A stretch of DNA of 64,000 nt, taken from assembly GCF_964204865.1 (NCBI RefSeq), contig NC_135252.1, positions 24,738,001-24,802,000 on the forward strand. Reading direction: 5' to 3'. The stretch is from Styela clava. Taxonomy: Eukaryota. Below, piece after piece: positions 1 through 23,820 of the stretch. Position 1 is the stretch's first letter. Every line of letters begins with the position of its first letter. The notes below the pieces were generated by a model, which was not told the origin of the DNA, made no database searches, and saw nothing but the letters and a program-made list of their open reading frames with translations. The position numbers and the translations under genes were made by a program.

Positions 1-92
1 CCACGATTTAAATAAGTATAAAAATAGAATAGGATTCTTGATTCAATTTAAATATTCTAGAATAGTAAATTATTCTAAATGGCCCATCCCTA
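1..92. mobile_element. Right end of another copy of the 3666-5129 hAT family
   Basis: Matches about 5022-5129 (aaaatagaataggattc...tattctagaatagtaaattattcta...gcccatcccta). Confidence 0.8.
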
Positions 93-983
93 CAGTGTCT
101 ACTTACTGTATATTCTCACCTATACGCCGGTCACGCATATAAGCCTTCTCCCTTAAAACGGCGATTTTATAAAAATTCGCATATAAGCCGACCTTACGAA
201 TCGTAACGCGTCGTACGCACATCACAGTCAAGGATAAGTATTTGAATACTTCTGCGGCTGATTTTTTAATAATAGCCACTTTTTGCCCTCACCAGTGTTT
301 CGTTGTCAAGAGAAATATTCAAACGAATTTTAGCGCTTTGCCACGTATTGTATTGGCGACGATAAATAAAATCGGCACTTTGATTGTTTACCTTCTGTGC
401 GACCCTGCGCCTTACATTGTTGCGACACATTTGCATGGTTGCGTGGGGGACATTGCCGCCATTTCCTTGCAATGCTTCTCATTTTACATTTATTCCCATT
501 ATGTCGCAAAATTGAAATTGCAGAAAGGAAAATAAGTTTGGCAGTGGTGATTCTGTGTTTTGGGTTAATTGTCTTTTTCTGCTTGTCAATTGCCATCAAG
601 CTTTATGCTCTAACTTTCTTGTTCATGAATGGTTTATGTCAAAATTGTGTAGAACGATAGCCTACGGCTGTACGCTATGACTGGTACAGAAGTGTTGGGT
701 TGAGTATATTAAATAGGTTATTGAAGTTAATGATGGCAGCTGGGGTGAGCAAACATACCAGTCTCAGTTCAGAGATTAAAATTCAGATTATGGAAAAAAT
801 TATGGATATTGTTTTATGTTGTTTTTCATTGTTTGTGGAAATAAAATCTCTCTCTTTTTTTTTTAAATACTTTAAACTTTAATCAGAAGCTTCATAAAAC
901 AAGACTTTGTTATATCCTACTGTAATTTAGCTGGGTGTTGCGTGAACGACTGAAGATATCACAACATTCTGGATATTTTTGAG

Positions 984-1059
984 ATGGTATCGCGAGTACT
1001 GACTCACAACATTAATTTGGATAATCGAGAACTCAATGAAGCGTGATTACGAGGGATAG
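984..1059 (+). promoter_or_regulatory. Two overlapping uORFs in the SPOP 5' leader
   Basis: ATG 984 to TGA 1046 (20 aa) and ATG 1036 to TAG 1059 (7 aa), lying between a likely acceptor (aatttAG, 930) and the main ATG at 1144. Confidence 0.5.
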
Positions 1060-1143
1060 AAATCAACAAAAACTTTCAGAAAGACATATTTGGAATATCG
1101 TTATCTTACCATTCAAAAGATTGGGTTGAAATAAATCTTCACA

Positions 1144-11867
<10,724 letters not shown>

Positions 11868-12125
11868 GAAGTTGTTCCAGGTCAAAGATCATAAAAACTC
11901 AAGCGTGACTGATATGCTTCACTGCCTGCGATTCTGTCTACGCTGATAAACTTGATTTTACTCAAAGAGTATCTAACAGGGGTGCAAAGGTCGTACAATT
12001 TTTTATATGACATCTTTATCTGCGTTCTGCTCAGAACAATATTCTTTGCATGCAGCCACTGTTATGTGAGGAGCTATGATAGTAGGGGTTCGGCATTGCT
12101 TGCTCAATTTATAACAACCAGCTAT

Positions 12126-12610
12126 TGTCATGCTTCATTGGTTGAGCCAATCAGAGTCATTCCGGGCAATTGTCATGCTTTACTGGTTCAGCCAATCAGA
12201 GTCATTCTGGATACTTGTCATGCATCATTGGTTCGGCCAATCAAGGTCATTCTGGACAATAGTTATGCTCCACTGGTTCAGCCAATCAGAGTCATTCCGG
12301 GCCATTGTCATGCTTTACTGGTTCAGCCAATCAGTGTCATTCTGGATACTTGTCATGCATCATTGGTTCGGCCAATCAAGGTCATTCTGGACAATAGTTA
12401 TGCTTCACTGGTTCAGCCAATCAGAGTCATTCTGGACAATTATCATGCTTCACTGCTTCAGCCAATCAGAGTCATTCTGGACACTTGTCATGCATCACTG
12501 GTTCAGCCAATCAGAGTCATTCTGGATACTTGTCATGTCATGCATCATTGGTTAAGCCAATAAGGTCATTCTGGATAATTGCCATACTTCACTGGTTTAG
12601 CCAATCAGGT
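12126..12610 (+). repeat. 45-bp minisatellite (about 10.5 copies) in the SPOP 3' UTR region
   Basis: Unit tgtcatgcttcactggttcagccaatcagagtcattctggacaat with a 135-bp higher-order pattern; it explains the repetitive 15-aa ORFs. Confidence 0.93.
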
Positions 12611-13060
12611 TCACACAAGTATTTGAAACTTAAAAATAAGAGAATTTACTTTGGTTCCTCACTCTCTTTTTTGTTCTGAAGAGAGACTAAAATTCAAAAC
12701 CGTTCCATTTTAGTCATGTCGTGCGCAGATCTTACTCGTTCGTTTGTCCCATAGTGACAAACCATGGTATTGCGACTCTATTATGGTTTACAAACTCCCA
12801 CTTGGCTACTGATGAGCATTAATGCACCATTTTTACTTGATTATTTTACTTTTATCTTATTTTATTTCTTGTTCTTAAATCGTGTTTCTGATAATGAGTG
12901 TTGAGATATTAGGCTAAAAAATGTTTAATTGAGAGTTTTCGTTTGCAAGCTTTCTCAAAGCTAAGTCCCTAGTTGAAATTATCAACTTGGGAGTTAGAAG
13001 AGTACTTATTGAAAAGTTGAAAGCACCCACTGTCATGCAAAAGCGCCCCTCACTCAAAAC

Positions 13061-14094
13061 CAGGGGTGTGCAACAGACGATCTGCGGGCCGCGACCCGGC
13101 AAGCCCTTTAGTCTATAAAAAATAAATTTCTAATCCGACCGTTTGTTTGGAAAGACACTTTAGCCGGATGAGAACAGAACAGGCCTGAGTCACAATTTTG
13201 AGTTTTGAGACAACCGCAAAAAACAATTTGGAATTTTTTATTTCTAAATATTCACACTTAGTAAAGACCTGAGCTCTGGTTATTTTAATGTGGATGAGAA
13301 TATCTTTGTAATCAATATTTTTTGGCACTTCAGCTTCGATTCCTTCCTGCTTTTTTACCCCCATAAAGGATTTTGGCCCATTCTGTTCTCAACAACTTCT
13401 GAATTTTTTTGTATGGGATGCAAGGTAAAACACGGTGACTTAGGCCTAGGTTGCACTGAACAAATTTTTAGGGATGTAAGTTTCGGACATTTCATTTCTA
13501 ATGTTCATGCCCATCATATTGGACTATCTTTTTTCAATATTTTAAGCCATGCTCTACAAGGTGGTGGTCTTGAAATCCTGAATTTCTCAATAATAGAAAT
13601 TTTAGCTGGACTTAGGCCCATTCTGTTCTTAAATATTTAAGTCCAGCTAAAAATTTTATGGTGCTCCCGAAGTATGCGAACCAAGATGGCAGACATCGGA
13701 ACGTAACATGGGTAACAGGTTGGGGTTAGGCGATAATTTTTTCCCAATTTTAGTTCAAGGACTAGCCAAGAGCCTCCCGTAGTATTTATACCTAAAATTA
13801 TGGCCTAACCCTAACCTAGTAAACAAATTACATTCCGATGTCTGCCATCTTGGTTCGCATACTTCGGGAGCCCCGAAAAAAGTCAATTTTACAAAAATGT
13901 GACTTAGGCCCCTTATGTTCTCATCCGGCGAATTATGGCTCTTGTTGCTGCATTAATTCATTCGCCGTTGCCTTCATTACCGCTAGGCTAGGCAGGAATT
14001 TTTTAGTTTGTTGTGTACATGACTAATCTAAACTTTGCGTGGATGTCTGAAGTTGATCATATGGCCCACCGACAATAAATGTTGCACACCCCTG
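13061..14094. mobile_element. Non-autonomous hAT element with a nested Merlin-type MITE
   Basis: TIRs caggggtgtgcaaca / tgttgcacacccctg. Confidence 0.7.
13660..13874. mobile_element. Merlin-type MITE (long subtype)
   Basis: Same TIRs as the 15640 copy; no clear TSD. Confidence 0.85.
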
Positions 14095-15639
14095 CTCTCA
14101 AATAATAATGAGAAAATGTACTGATAAAAGTGAATTTTTTTTGGTTTTGTTGTTATTACTGAATCATGGTTTCATATCTACTCTGGCAAGGTCTTAATTT
14201 CTGACCAGAAATACTTCAAAGTCTAAAGTCTGGCCCCCCTCTTGAAGACTTTTAGCCCTCATGTTTACCATTCCAGTGGTATTTATAGTGTTATTTTGAT
14301 TGGTAGATTCTAAATCCCCATTATGTTCAAACAATTCATGCTCAAAGTGAAAGCACATCGTGTGATTTGTATGGTTCATTCAATCGAGGGAATTTTACAT
14401 ATTTCTAATTTGTATTGCGAAGTGAGCCTTCTGATTCGTAAAATGCTTTTGGTGAAATTTCATTTAATGGGGCTGTTTTCTTTGGGTTGAGACATTCTTC
14501 AGAATAATAACATTGCTGGCCTTCCCAAATTATTATTCATTTTTCTTATTTTATCTTTTGTTATTGGTGAGCAGTTTTCTTTTTCTACATTTGTGCTCAC
14601 TGTACCGTAACTAAAATGCATTATGACATGCAAGTAATGGCTCTATCATGTAATAAACCAAACTTAAAATATTGTTTGCATGGGGACCGGACTGTTATGG
14701 ATAGTCGCAGATGAACAAAGGTTATCGTTCGACTACTATGTGTTTGAATACTTTTATAATGCTTCTGATTTATTATCGACTCTATGACACTGATTGGACG
14801 GGATTTGATTTCCCCCGAGAGAAAGGAAGTCGAACAGACTGCCTCGCGTCTGGCATGTACTTAATGGTGGAGGAAGCCGTAACCGACCATCAATCCTCCT
14901 ACACATAACTATCCACACATGGGATTTGAACCCATGCAGTGTAATCAGAGCGGTGGCGATCATATTCCAAACGCTTGAATGTTTTATAATAATAGATCCT
15001 CCAGACACATGAATTAGTGAAAACACGTCATCTATCGTTCAGCTCGCTAAGTGTTAACACATAGTAAGAAACATGTTTCATCAATAACTCACTCGAAAGA
15101 AATTTTTTTAAATGTATGAAAAAAAACTGAGAGATTCACTTCGACCTGTGGGCGGACAGAAAAACAAGATAATGCTCATTTAAAATCCCCACCCTCTTGG
15201 CTGGAATCTTAGATAAATGGCGACTCGGTCAAGCTCCCAACTGGTTTTATGCCGGTGTTGTTACAAAAATTAGAGAGAGATGTGCTTAAATGCTGCAGAG
15301 ATGTTTGTCATTGTATATATCATATACTCCAGTCCAGGGGGGTGGTTTTGGGGGTCGAAATTCCCCATTTTGAAACCGTACTTAGTAATTGTAGCTTAAA
15401 ACGCTTTTAGACCCTTAAAACTAATGTAAACACACATTTCCGGTATTCGGTCGGACCCGCTAGTTGTTTCGATCTAACTTGGCAGATAGAAATTTCAGAT
15501 CCCCCCCCCTCCCTTTAAAATTTCTGGCTATGCGGCTGCTCCAGTCAATGATATCAAAGTGGTCTGTATTCAACAGAGCCACCTGCTTGACTCCTTCCTC
15601 CCATTATAAACCCTACCCTGTCTAATAGGGACAAATTTC

Positions 15640-15866
15640 GGTGCTCCCGAAGTATGCGAACCAAGATGGCGGACATCGGAACGTAACAGGTTAGGGTTAG
15701 GAGATAATTTCTTTCCAATTTTCCTTATTTTAGTCCTATTATCAGTTCGAAGACTAGCCAAGAGCCTCCCGTAGTATTTATACCTAAAATTATGGCCTAA
15801 CCCTAACCTAGTACACATATTACATTCCGATGTCCGCCATCTTGGTTCGCATACTTCGGGAGCCCC
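15640..15866. mobile_element. Merlin-type MITE (long subtype) with YY1 and TTAGGG motifs
   Basis: TIRs of about 70 bp (GGTGCTCCCGAAGTATGCGAACCAAGATGGCGGACATCGGAA...GGTTAGGGTTAGG); perfect 8-bp TSD CAAATTTC. Confidence 0.88.
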
Positions 15867-16261
15867 CAAATTTCTTCCCTCCACACAACCAACCTTACCT
15901 TAAGATAAAAATACAGGATTTAAAAAAATTTAATCGCACAAAAATAAACTCTGTAAAAAATAATATGGTGTTGATGTCTTTGCATCTGGGCCACTGTAAG
16001 AAAATCACCACAGATACATAGAAGTATTCAATATGCAAAATTTTTTGTTCAAAAATAATTTTAGAACATTTTTATTCCAAAACCATATTTCTATGCAACT
16101 GGAAGAACTACAGACCAACAGCAATCTTGCCCTAACTTCCAATTTTGGTGGAACATGTAAAAATGATCCAAACCATATTCAAATGAACATTTTTTTACTA
16201 TAAAGCAGTGCACCCCCACTGATGTGTGGCGAAGCTATTCAAGTGGGTCACAAAGTATTAA

Positions 16262-16685
16262 AGAGACACATGTCACATCTTTGAGCATAATTACTGGCAC
16301 TCACTCAGAAGTAAAGAATACTCTCATCTCTGAGCAAAGTTACAGGCACTCACTCAGAAGCAAAGTTACGGGCACTCACTCAGTAGTAAAGGAGACTCAT
16401 CTCTGAGCAAAGTTACGGGCACTCACTCAGAAGTAAAGGATACTCATATCTTGAGCAAAGTTGCGGTCACTCACTCAGGAATAAAGAAGAATCATCTCTG
16501 AGCAATGTTGCAGTCACTCACTCAGAAGTAAAGGAGACTCATCTCTAAGCAAAGTAACGGGCACTTACTCAGAAGTAAAGGAGACTCATCTCTAAGCAAA
16601 GTAACGGGCACTTACTCAGAAGTAAAGGAGACTCATCTCTGAGCAAAGTTACGGGCACTCATTCAGAAGCTCAGGAGATTCATTT
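16262..16685. repeat. 47-bp minisatellite (about 9 copies) in the PTRHD1 3' UTR
   Basis: Unit gagcaaagttacgggcactcactcagaagtaaaggagactcatctct, period 47 (16547 to 16594), between the PTRHD1 stop and a minus-strand AATAAA at 16071-16076. Confidence 0.92.
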
Positions 16686-16774
16686 GTCATTTCCGAACAA
16701 ACTTCGCAGTGAGCTCCAGAAACTATGTGGTTTTACATAATCTACTCAGAATTCGGCCAATTTGAGCTCTTCTT

Positions 16775-17706
16775 TCACTTCAGCAGTTTCAAATTCTTAA
16801 AAAATCTTTGAATATCTTGCTTTGGGCAAGGTTTTGTAGCCAGACAGGTTGCAAAGTTTTCAGGCTGTTCTATCCAGAGCTTGAAATCAACTTCATTTTG
16901 ATGCAATGTTTCCGCTAATGTACAAAGATTTTCTTCATTTTTTGCCTGTTGGAAAAGATATATTCTATTAATGAGCTATTAAAATTGATCATTGGGTTAT
17001 ATTAAAGAGACACCCTGAAAAAGGCTCGGCACAAGGTTAGTCTGTCTCTGGACTTCTAAGAACCACGGCGCCTTCGGAGAGTAATCAAAATATGATATTT
17101 TAAATTGCTTCTCATAAAATAAATCAGAAAAATCGTTTGACATAATGTTATATCACTACTGTGACTGAATTGACTAGTATGATGTCTAGCTGAAGCAACT
17201 AGCGAAGTTGAAGATGTGATGGGCAGTCTAAATTGTTACCTGGATTTCTATCGTTTTGATCGGGAATATATGCTAACAATATGGGCATGATAGAAAACTA
17301 AACATCGGATACGGATTCCATTAGCCTAGGTTGGCAATGCCTGATAGCTATGTGTTCACACAATAGGAGTGCTTGTTTTGTATTGCACTGTTTATCTATT
17401 CTTGGTACTATTGTGGCCGCGACCAATGCCAAAATAATTTTGTGGCGTGCGGAGCCCACAACCTTGGACCACCCTGAGTTATATCTTCCCCCACTAAACT
17501 TGAAAAATAATAGCACTTACTTCTAAGACAATCTTATGCATGCTATCCAATTTCGAAGTATATTCCAACACATGTGGGTCATCCTTGTGTAGGTGCATTA
17601 TCACAGTGCTCGCATGACATGCTTGGGCTATAACAGCTCCTAAAGGCCACTTGAGAGCACTTGTGAGATCCCCTCGAACCACTATATATTGCACAATTGT
17701 CGCCAT
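16775..17706 (-). CDS. PTRHD1: Putative peptidyl-tRNA hydrolase PTRHD1 (PTH2 fold), 2 exons
   Basis: Exon 1 17706-17521 (MATIVQYIVVRGDLTSALKWPLGAVIAQACHA...MHKIVLE, donor GTAAGT). Exon 2 16945-16775 (AKNEENL...KLWIEQPENFATCLATKP...KLLK-TGA, acceptor ttttccaacAG). These motifs match the PTRHD1 family. Confidence 0.93.
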
Positions 17707-18575
17707 AGCAACAGAACTAAAGTTCACTATTTTTAGGTAAAGTTTTCTGAATAATAAAAATTGCAAAGCTTTATGGCAAATAATGTGTAACTTTATTTTA
17801 ACAATATAATATTTATTGAGAGTACTGCACTGCAATGTGGGGGGAATAAACGAATTAAAATAAAGATTGTGTGTTGTGTTATTTTAATAATCAAATATTC
17901 ATTTTCATCGAGCAAGAATCACTGTAAAGCAATAAACACAAATGAAAATAACAAAACGAAAACCTTGACTCATAGAAGTTGATGAGAGGGGCACAACGAG
18001 TCATCATTCAGTCAGCGACACTTTTTACTGAATTTCAGGAACAAATATAGCAAAGAAGACAAAGAAATGATTTGCCAAGAGTGTAAATATTAGTAAAAGT
18101 TCAAAAGAAAACAGTGAAAATTCTGTTTCACACTGTTTTCAGTTTTGAGAGGCCACTAAGATGAATACAATAATAAATAGATATTGCCACAAATAAAATG
18201 CTATAAATTTTTTACTTTTCCCAAAAATAAATTTAACTAATGAAACTGCATTTCGTTATCTATTTCTAAGAAGCTAGCCATGCATGAGAAAATATTTTAT
18301 AAAATGAATAATGCACCTTTGAACGACACATTTCAAGTTCATTGTCATGGGTGTGAGAGTTTGCAAACAGCAGTGCTTATGGTCAAAATTAAATTTTTTT
18401 TTAAATAAAATTTAATTACTCAAAATTAATTATTTTTTTTCAGAGTTTAGGATTTGGAGTCAAAAACGAGGCATGGGTATTTTGAAATGTTTGCAGTTGG
18501 AGTCGAGCATAAATTTTTCCGAACCCCTGCTAGAAAAAAATTAAATTTACAACAATATGGTACAATTTTCGGTGG

Positions 18576-20457
18576 TCAAGTATCAAGCAAAGATATATCT
18601 AACATGCAAAACTTAGCTCGACACATTGGACATGTAGCGGAGCCAGAAAGCCATGTTTCAATTCGGTGTCTGTCCTGACGACTAGCGTACCATCTACCCA
18701 TGCATTCAGCACACCACATAGGCTTACAATTACAACTCTTGCATTCATGGGGACCCGTACTGCCGCAATTTTTTGTTAATTTAACTTCAGCGTCTCTTTG
18801 CATGCAACCGATACACTGGTCGAGAGGATCAGACGACGTATAACGGTCATTTTGGTTTAATTGTTCACGAAACGCTTTCAAAAACAGTTCGTCTGTTGAT
18901 TGTAGGATACTAAGATCTGGAAGAGTATAAACTCTCGTACGTAAACTTTCTTTCAAGTCTTTAAACTCTACGGATATGACTCTTGCAAAATATGGTTTCA
19001 AAGTGCGCTGGATTGTCGGTTTTATTCGTAAATGAACATACTGAACCATAGCGTTGGATTCTGGTGAAACTGCATGTTCTTCTGTCTGTAGTACTGATAT
19101 CGTTGCTTTATCTTGTGGTGTCAGTTTAACTCCATATAATGATGTCACAATAATCCAGTTTTCCGTTACGATGACGCGTGTCCAACCAACGAACGACGTA
19201 GCGTATTTGTCAATTCGTCTGAATTCATTGTTCACCTCGCTGGCTTGGACTCTCCATGCCGAGTCTGATGTGTTGTCCTCGCTTTTATAAAGAGATAGAT
19301 TCGTCGCTATAGGGTGATACGACCAACTATTTATCTGCCAATAAAACACAACCGTCAGTGCTCCAAGGAGTATAACCAACGATATACTTGAGTAAACATG
19401 CCATCCGAGTTCGAGAGACGTCGAAAACATATCACCGAATGAAACACCGGAGTCTGGAACCAGAGTCATGCCCACATAGTAACCTAAAATTGAAATGTAA
19501 ACTTTCGACTTGTAAAGAATTACTATATTTAGGGCTTGGCGGTGTGACGCATCGTGCCATGCTAAGCGTTAGGAATTCGCTCACCATCGTACCTCTGATT
19601 ACCATGCATGAGTTCGCAAGTTTGAATCCCGTGCTAGGTGATGGTTATGTGCGAGAGGATTTCTGAACTCCTCGCCACCGTAATCTGGTTCATGTAATCG
19701 CTGTTCATTACGGCTTCCTACACCATGAAGTCCAACATCAAATTTACCATAATTGCAAATATCACATATTGAATATAACTCATTTAGAATGTATTGAATT
19801 AATTTTAGGAATAATAGGCGTTACTCTTTGGGCGCTCCGTTCATTTCCCTATTCTTATATATAGGTTGTCAAGAAAGTCTTAAAATTTTTTAAAATTGCA
19901 AACGGTATTTATCATTACCATATTGTTTTGGCCTAACAGATGTACTACGGTAAATGAAGTAAAAATACTTGAACAATTACTGATTAGAAAACAACAAACC
20001 TGGTTAAGATATATTGAGAAATGACTTCATGCCAAAATTGAAATTGTAAAGGAACTTTATGAACACCCTGTACATGTGTGCATTGTGTTTTCTGGTTTGG
20101 CATATCAAATAAACTCAATTACAAATTTCGGTTTCAAATCCAGCTAACTTTCATCCCCCCACATTACCGGCGGAGGCTTGCTTGCACAGGGTCTTTTTCT
20201 GAGCAAAATACATAAATAAGGGTTATATCAAAAATATAAAACTTACCAATCGGAAAAAGGCAATGAACAATTAAAGTTGCAGACGTCCTTTTAATATGGA
20301 AATTGACAAAGTCTATCTCTTCGCTTCCCAGCCAAGACGAGAGTAAATTCTCCACAGTAAGTCCAGCACCTTTGAAATCTGCTGGTCCGACGATGAAACA
20401 AAATGCGAATAACCAATAGAAAATACTGAATATTATAGTCGGACTCGAATGGTCCAT
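18576..20457 (-). CDS. TMEM129: ER membrane E3 ubiquitin ligase TMEM129, 2 exons
   Basis: Exon 1 20457-20247 (MDHSSP...AGLTVENLLSSWLGSEEIDFVNFHIKRTSATLIVH) and exon 2 19483-18576 join as G-YYVGM. N-terminal TM segments; C-terminal Cys-rich RING (CIGC...CKSCNCKPMWCAECMGRWYASRQD...CPMCRAKFC). Confidence 0.95.
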
Positions 20458-20912
20458 GGCTTTATTTTATATCTAAAAAGAATTGTATTTTTGAACATAA
20501 ACAAATTTTATATGGAAAAAAACAAAAAAGGAAAAAAATCTAACAAAACTGACAAACAGCCCACTCCTTTTAGTCTGGATCATATATGAGAAAGACAACA
20601 TCACAAAATTTTTTGGACACCCTGTTCGTTCATGAATGAAGAAATCTAAAAATATCTGAAACCAGAATTATAGTGTGAAAACTTTGTCAGATAACGAACA
20701 GATATACAAATCAAATTCTACCACTAACTGATAATAGTGCAAAACATGTTGGGCACAACAAAATAGGAGAAAAACAGGACAAACAAAGTTTTCCTCTGTT
20801 TAGCGCAGTATTGTACTGTTTTACGATAATTATTCTGTTTTGCACGATTTTCCGTGAGTGATTATAAAAAATACAAAACTGGTAGATTTCATGCAAATAT
20901 ATAGAACTCAAT

Positions 20913-21245
20913 GGTTCGCCGGTGTGGCCCATCGTGTGGAGCGTTGGGAATACGCTCGCCATCACACCTCTGATTATCCTGCGTGGGTTCGCTGGTTTGA
21001 ATCCCATGCGGGGATGATCATGTGCAAGAGGATTGCTAGACTTTTTGCCGCCGTAGGGTGGTTCATGTAACCCCTGGTCGGCTTCCCCCGCAAAGTTCAT
21101 GCTTCCACAAACAAATAACTGGCTAACTAATCCGATACTTGACATGGACTGGTAACCGAACCAGAAGCTGTGGTTCACTATATGGGTAAGCTGTATTTTC
21201 AGCTTTCCTCTCACCCCCCCGGATAAATAGGTAAATCCTATCCTA
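20913..21245 (+). mobile_element. tRNA-derived SINE, full length (same family)
   Basis: Colinear with 39900-40244, including the atcctatccta tail. Confidence 0.82.
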
Positions 21246-21616
21246 ATGAGTAGCCAGCCAGTGTGGTGAGTAAAAGTTTCCTCAAGCAAACTAAAGCAAA
21301 ATTTTGGCTAAGCTAAAAATAGCTCGAGGAATTTGTTGAGATTGCGATTCAATTTAGTTTTGGCACGAGGATCATTGTTTTCCCCTTTTGCTTTTGTAAC
21401 ACTGTGAATATTGTTCATAAAAAGTAACTTTTATGTCACACTTATATGGCCCGCTAGTCTAGGTGGGAAAAATGTTTGGCCCCTGGTCCAGAACTCCTGA
21501 TATAGAGCCTTGTCCATAGCAAATGATGAAAAATAGAGAATAGTATATAACATGAAAAAATCTTCGCTTTCAAAAGTTTCATAAATTTTCCAAATACATC
21601 GGCATAGTTTAAATTC

Positions 21617-22279
21617 TCAGCCCAAACCATCAATCAAAGTTCCCTTTACTTTCTTAGACAAACCAGCTCCCCCTTCACCAGGATTATTTTTCCTTTTTGT
21701 CATTCCTTTTCTTTCCAATTGCCGTTCAATAACTTTAGCATTCGCTGCATAACTATCGGCAATTTCGCGAGCCTCCAACGCATCCTCTTCATCGTCAATT
21801 GTCGAGACAGTAACGGAACTGAATTTTCCCATGTCTTTTGTTCTTTTTATTAATGTGACTTTCTTAGGAGCAGATTTCGGTTTGCTGTTTATATTCATTT
21901 TAAAAACGCTATCTCCTTCGGTAACCAGACCGCCATAGAATATGAAAATTGCATCTTTTGTTTCTTCTGTGTGGCGATACAACAACGGCAAACTACATCG
22001 TTTGCATTTTTGTCTGAATTGTTTTTCGATTCCGTCAGCCCATTTCAAGAATATCGTTTCGTCTTCTTCAACGTTATTAAGACGATAAGCATGTTTTTTC
22101 TTGTCGATTACTCTCGCTTTATCGCGCCTCCGCAGCGGTAATTTTTCAATGGCACAGTCCAGGATTAAAACCATCTGTCCGCATAAGCAATAATATGTAT
22201 GAAGTGGCTTTGCATCGCCATAAGTCTCTTGGTCCTTTGTGTCTGTACAAACCACGCTACGTGAAATAATTTTGGGCAT
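21617..22279 (-). CDS. STEEP1: STING ER exit protein / UPF0428 CXorf56 homolog, single-exon CDS
   Basis: Uninterrupted 220-aa ORF: [18 protein letters not shown]...[17 protein letters not shown]...[19 protein letters not shown]...[23 protein letters not shown]...GTLID, the CXorf56 signature. Confidence 0.95.
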   Translation of the reverse strand: MPKIISRSVVCTDTKDQETYGDAKPLHTYYCLCGQMVLILDCAIEKLPLRRRDKARVIDKKKHAYRLNNVEEDETIFLKWADGIEKQFRQKCKRCSLPLLYRHTEETKDAIFIFYGGLVTEGDSVFKMNINSKPKSAPKKVTLIKRTKDMGKFSSVTVSTIDDEEDALEAREIADSYAANAKVIERQLERKGMTKRKNNPGEGGAGLSKKVKGTLIDGLG

Positions 22280-23538
22280 TTTTCTCCCAAAAACCGTGAA
22301 ACTCCAGAAAAATCTTCAGCAAACGATAAATATCAACCACCAAAAGTCCAAAACGATATCGCTACGTGTTTTTTTATATTGCTGAAAAAAGCGGACTATC
22401 TTAATCGCCGGTATTCAGATTATGTGCGATCAGTTTTTTACCATACAACGACAGCTGATGGAGGGTTTTCATCATCGCCGCTGAGCGTCGCCATATTGCT
22501 TTTATGTGGGCATGCGCGGGAGAGTGCTGCTATAAGTACGTATTTTTCCTCGATCAGTGAAACCATACTAAAATGACCGCTGCGTTATCAAATTATACGT
22601 TAAATTTATAAAGACAACTGAAAATGTCAAATAGAATCCAAATTGCAAGAAATTGCAAGTCCGTGTTATAACCTTTCTATACAGAAAGCTAAATCTCAGT
22701 TGTTACATCACCGTTATTTTGCGTCAACTCCCGGGTGTCCTATGTATGTATGTTTATTTTCCTCAAAAATGTAACAGTATCTGCCTAATAATTAAACAGT
22801 AAAACAGAGACGGTATACATGTTCAAGACCTTACTGGCCTAAGACACAGATGTGCGACATGTCCTACGACTATATAACCTCACATTATTCTTTCGGATAC
22901 AAAACGAGTGAAAAAGCTGTTGGGGTGAACAGGATGAGATAGGATTTTTTTTTACATTTATCCCTGACCAGCCACCCACCACCGGGAAAGGGTATCTCAC
23001 AAGGAAAGCTGACCAGCATTTTTTTTTATTAATAAAAACATCACATTTATATAGACACAATATCACAAATAAAATTGCACTTAAAAAAAACAGTTAAAAA
23101 TAGTTTTCCACTTCTTCGTATGGTTTGACAGTTTGCCATTCTTAGTTGCAATAGGTTTTTCACAGTTAATAATATATTTTCTCATATATATATGAAAATT
23201 GACAAAATTGAGGTCTTTCATTACGCCATTTACAAGCTGACCAGCAGTTAAGCTACTTGAACAAACCTACGACGGCGAGGAGTCAAGCAATCTTCTTGCA
23301 CAAAGTGATGCTACGTGATTCGGATCCGCGCTGGCAATCAGTGGTGTAGTTTGCCAGCATGTTTCTATCGCACAGCATGACGTACAGCAAAATTAATAAA
23401 GCAGACACAACGCATAATTTAAATTGTTACATTGTTCCATATTTGTTACGGAATGATAATGCCACAATTCCCCGATCTAACGCTGCGCGATAGCCAATCA
23501 GTTGGAAGCATTAATTGTGTTGCCAACGCAGATTAGCC

Positions 23539-23700
23539 GGCGCTCTTAGGGTTAGGCCATAATTTCAGGTACAAATATTACGGAAGTCACTTGGCTAGTC
23601 CCCGAACTCGTAGTTGAACTAAAATAAGGGAAATTGAAATAAAATTGAGGCCTAACCTTAACCTGGCACACATTCTACGTTCCAGTGTCCGCCATCTTGG
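23539..23700. mobile_element. Truncated Merlin-type MITE
   Basis: ttagggttaggccataatttcaggtacaaat...cctaaccttaacctgg...gtccgccatcttgg matches the family core. Confidence 0.75.
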
Positions 23701-23820
23701 TAGATGACTCATTGAGTCTTCCGCGACCCCTCGTCAACTGCAACAACGCGATATTTGTTTCTGTAAATTGTAAGATATAATTTATTTTTTATTATTTCAT
23801 ATCGCGCATTGTTTCATGTA

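Noticed and set aside
11952-12679. 203-aa and 141-aa ORFs with 15-aa repeats
   Set aside because: By-products of the 45-bp minisatellite (unit divisible by 3); open in two frames, the longer one starts at TTG, and there are no protein-like features.
13722-13780. TTAGGG/CCCTAA as interstitial telomere or fusion relics
   Set aside because: Only about two units each time, always inside MITEs.
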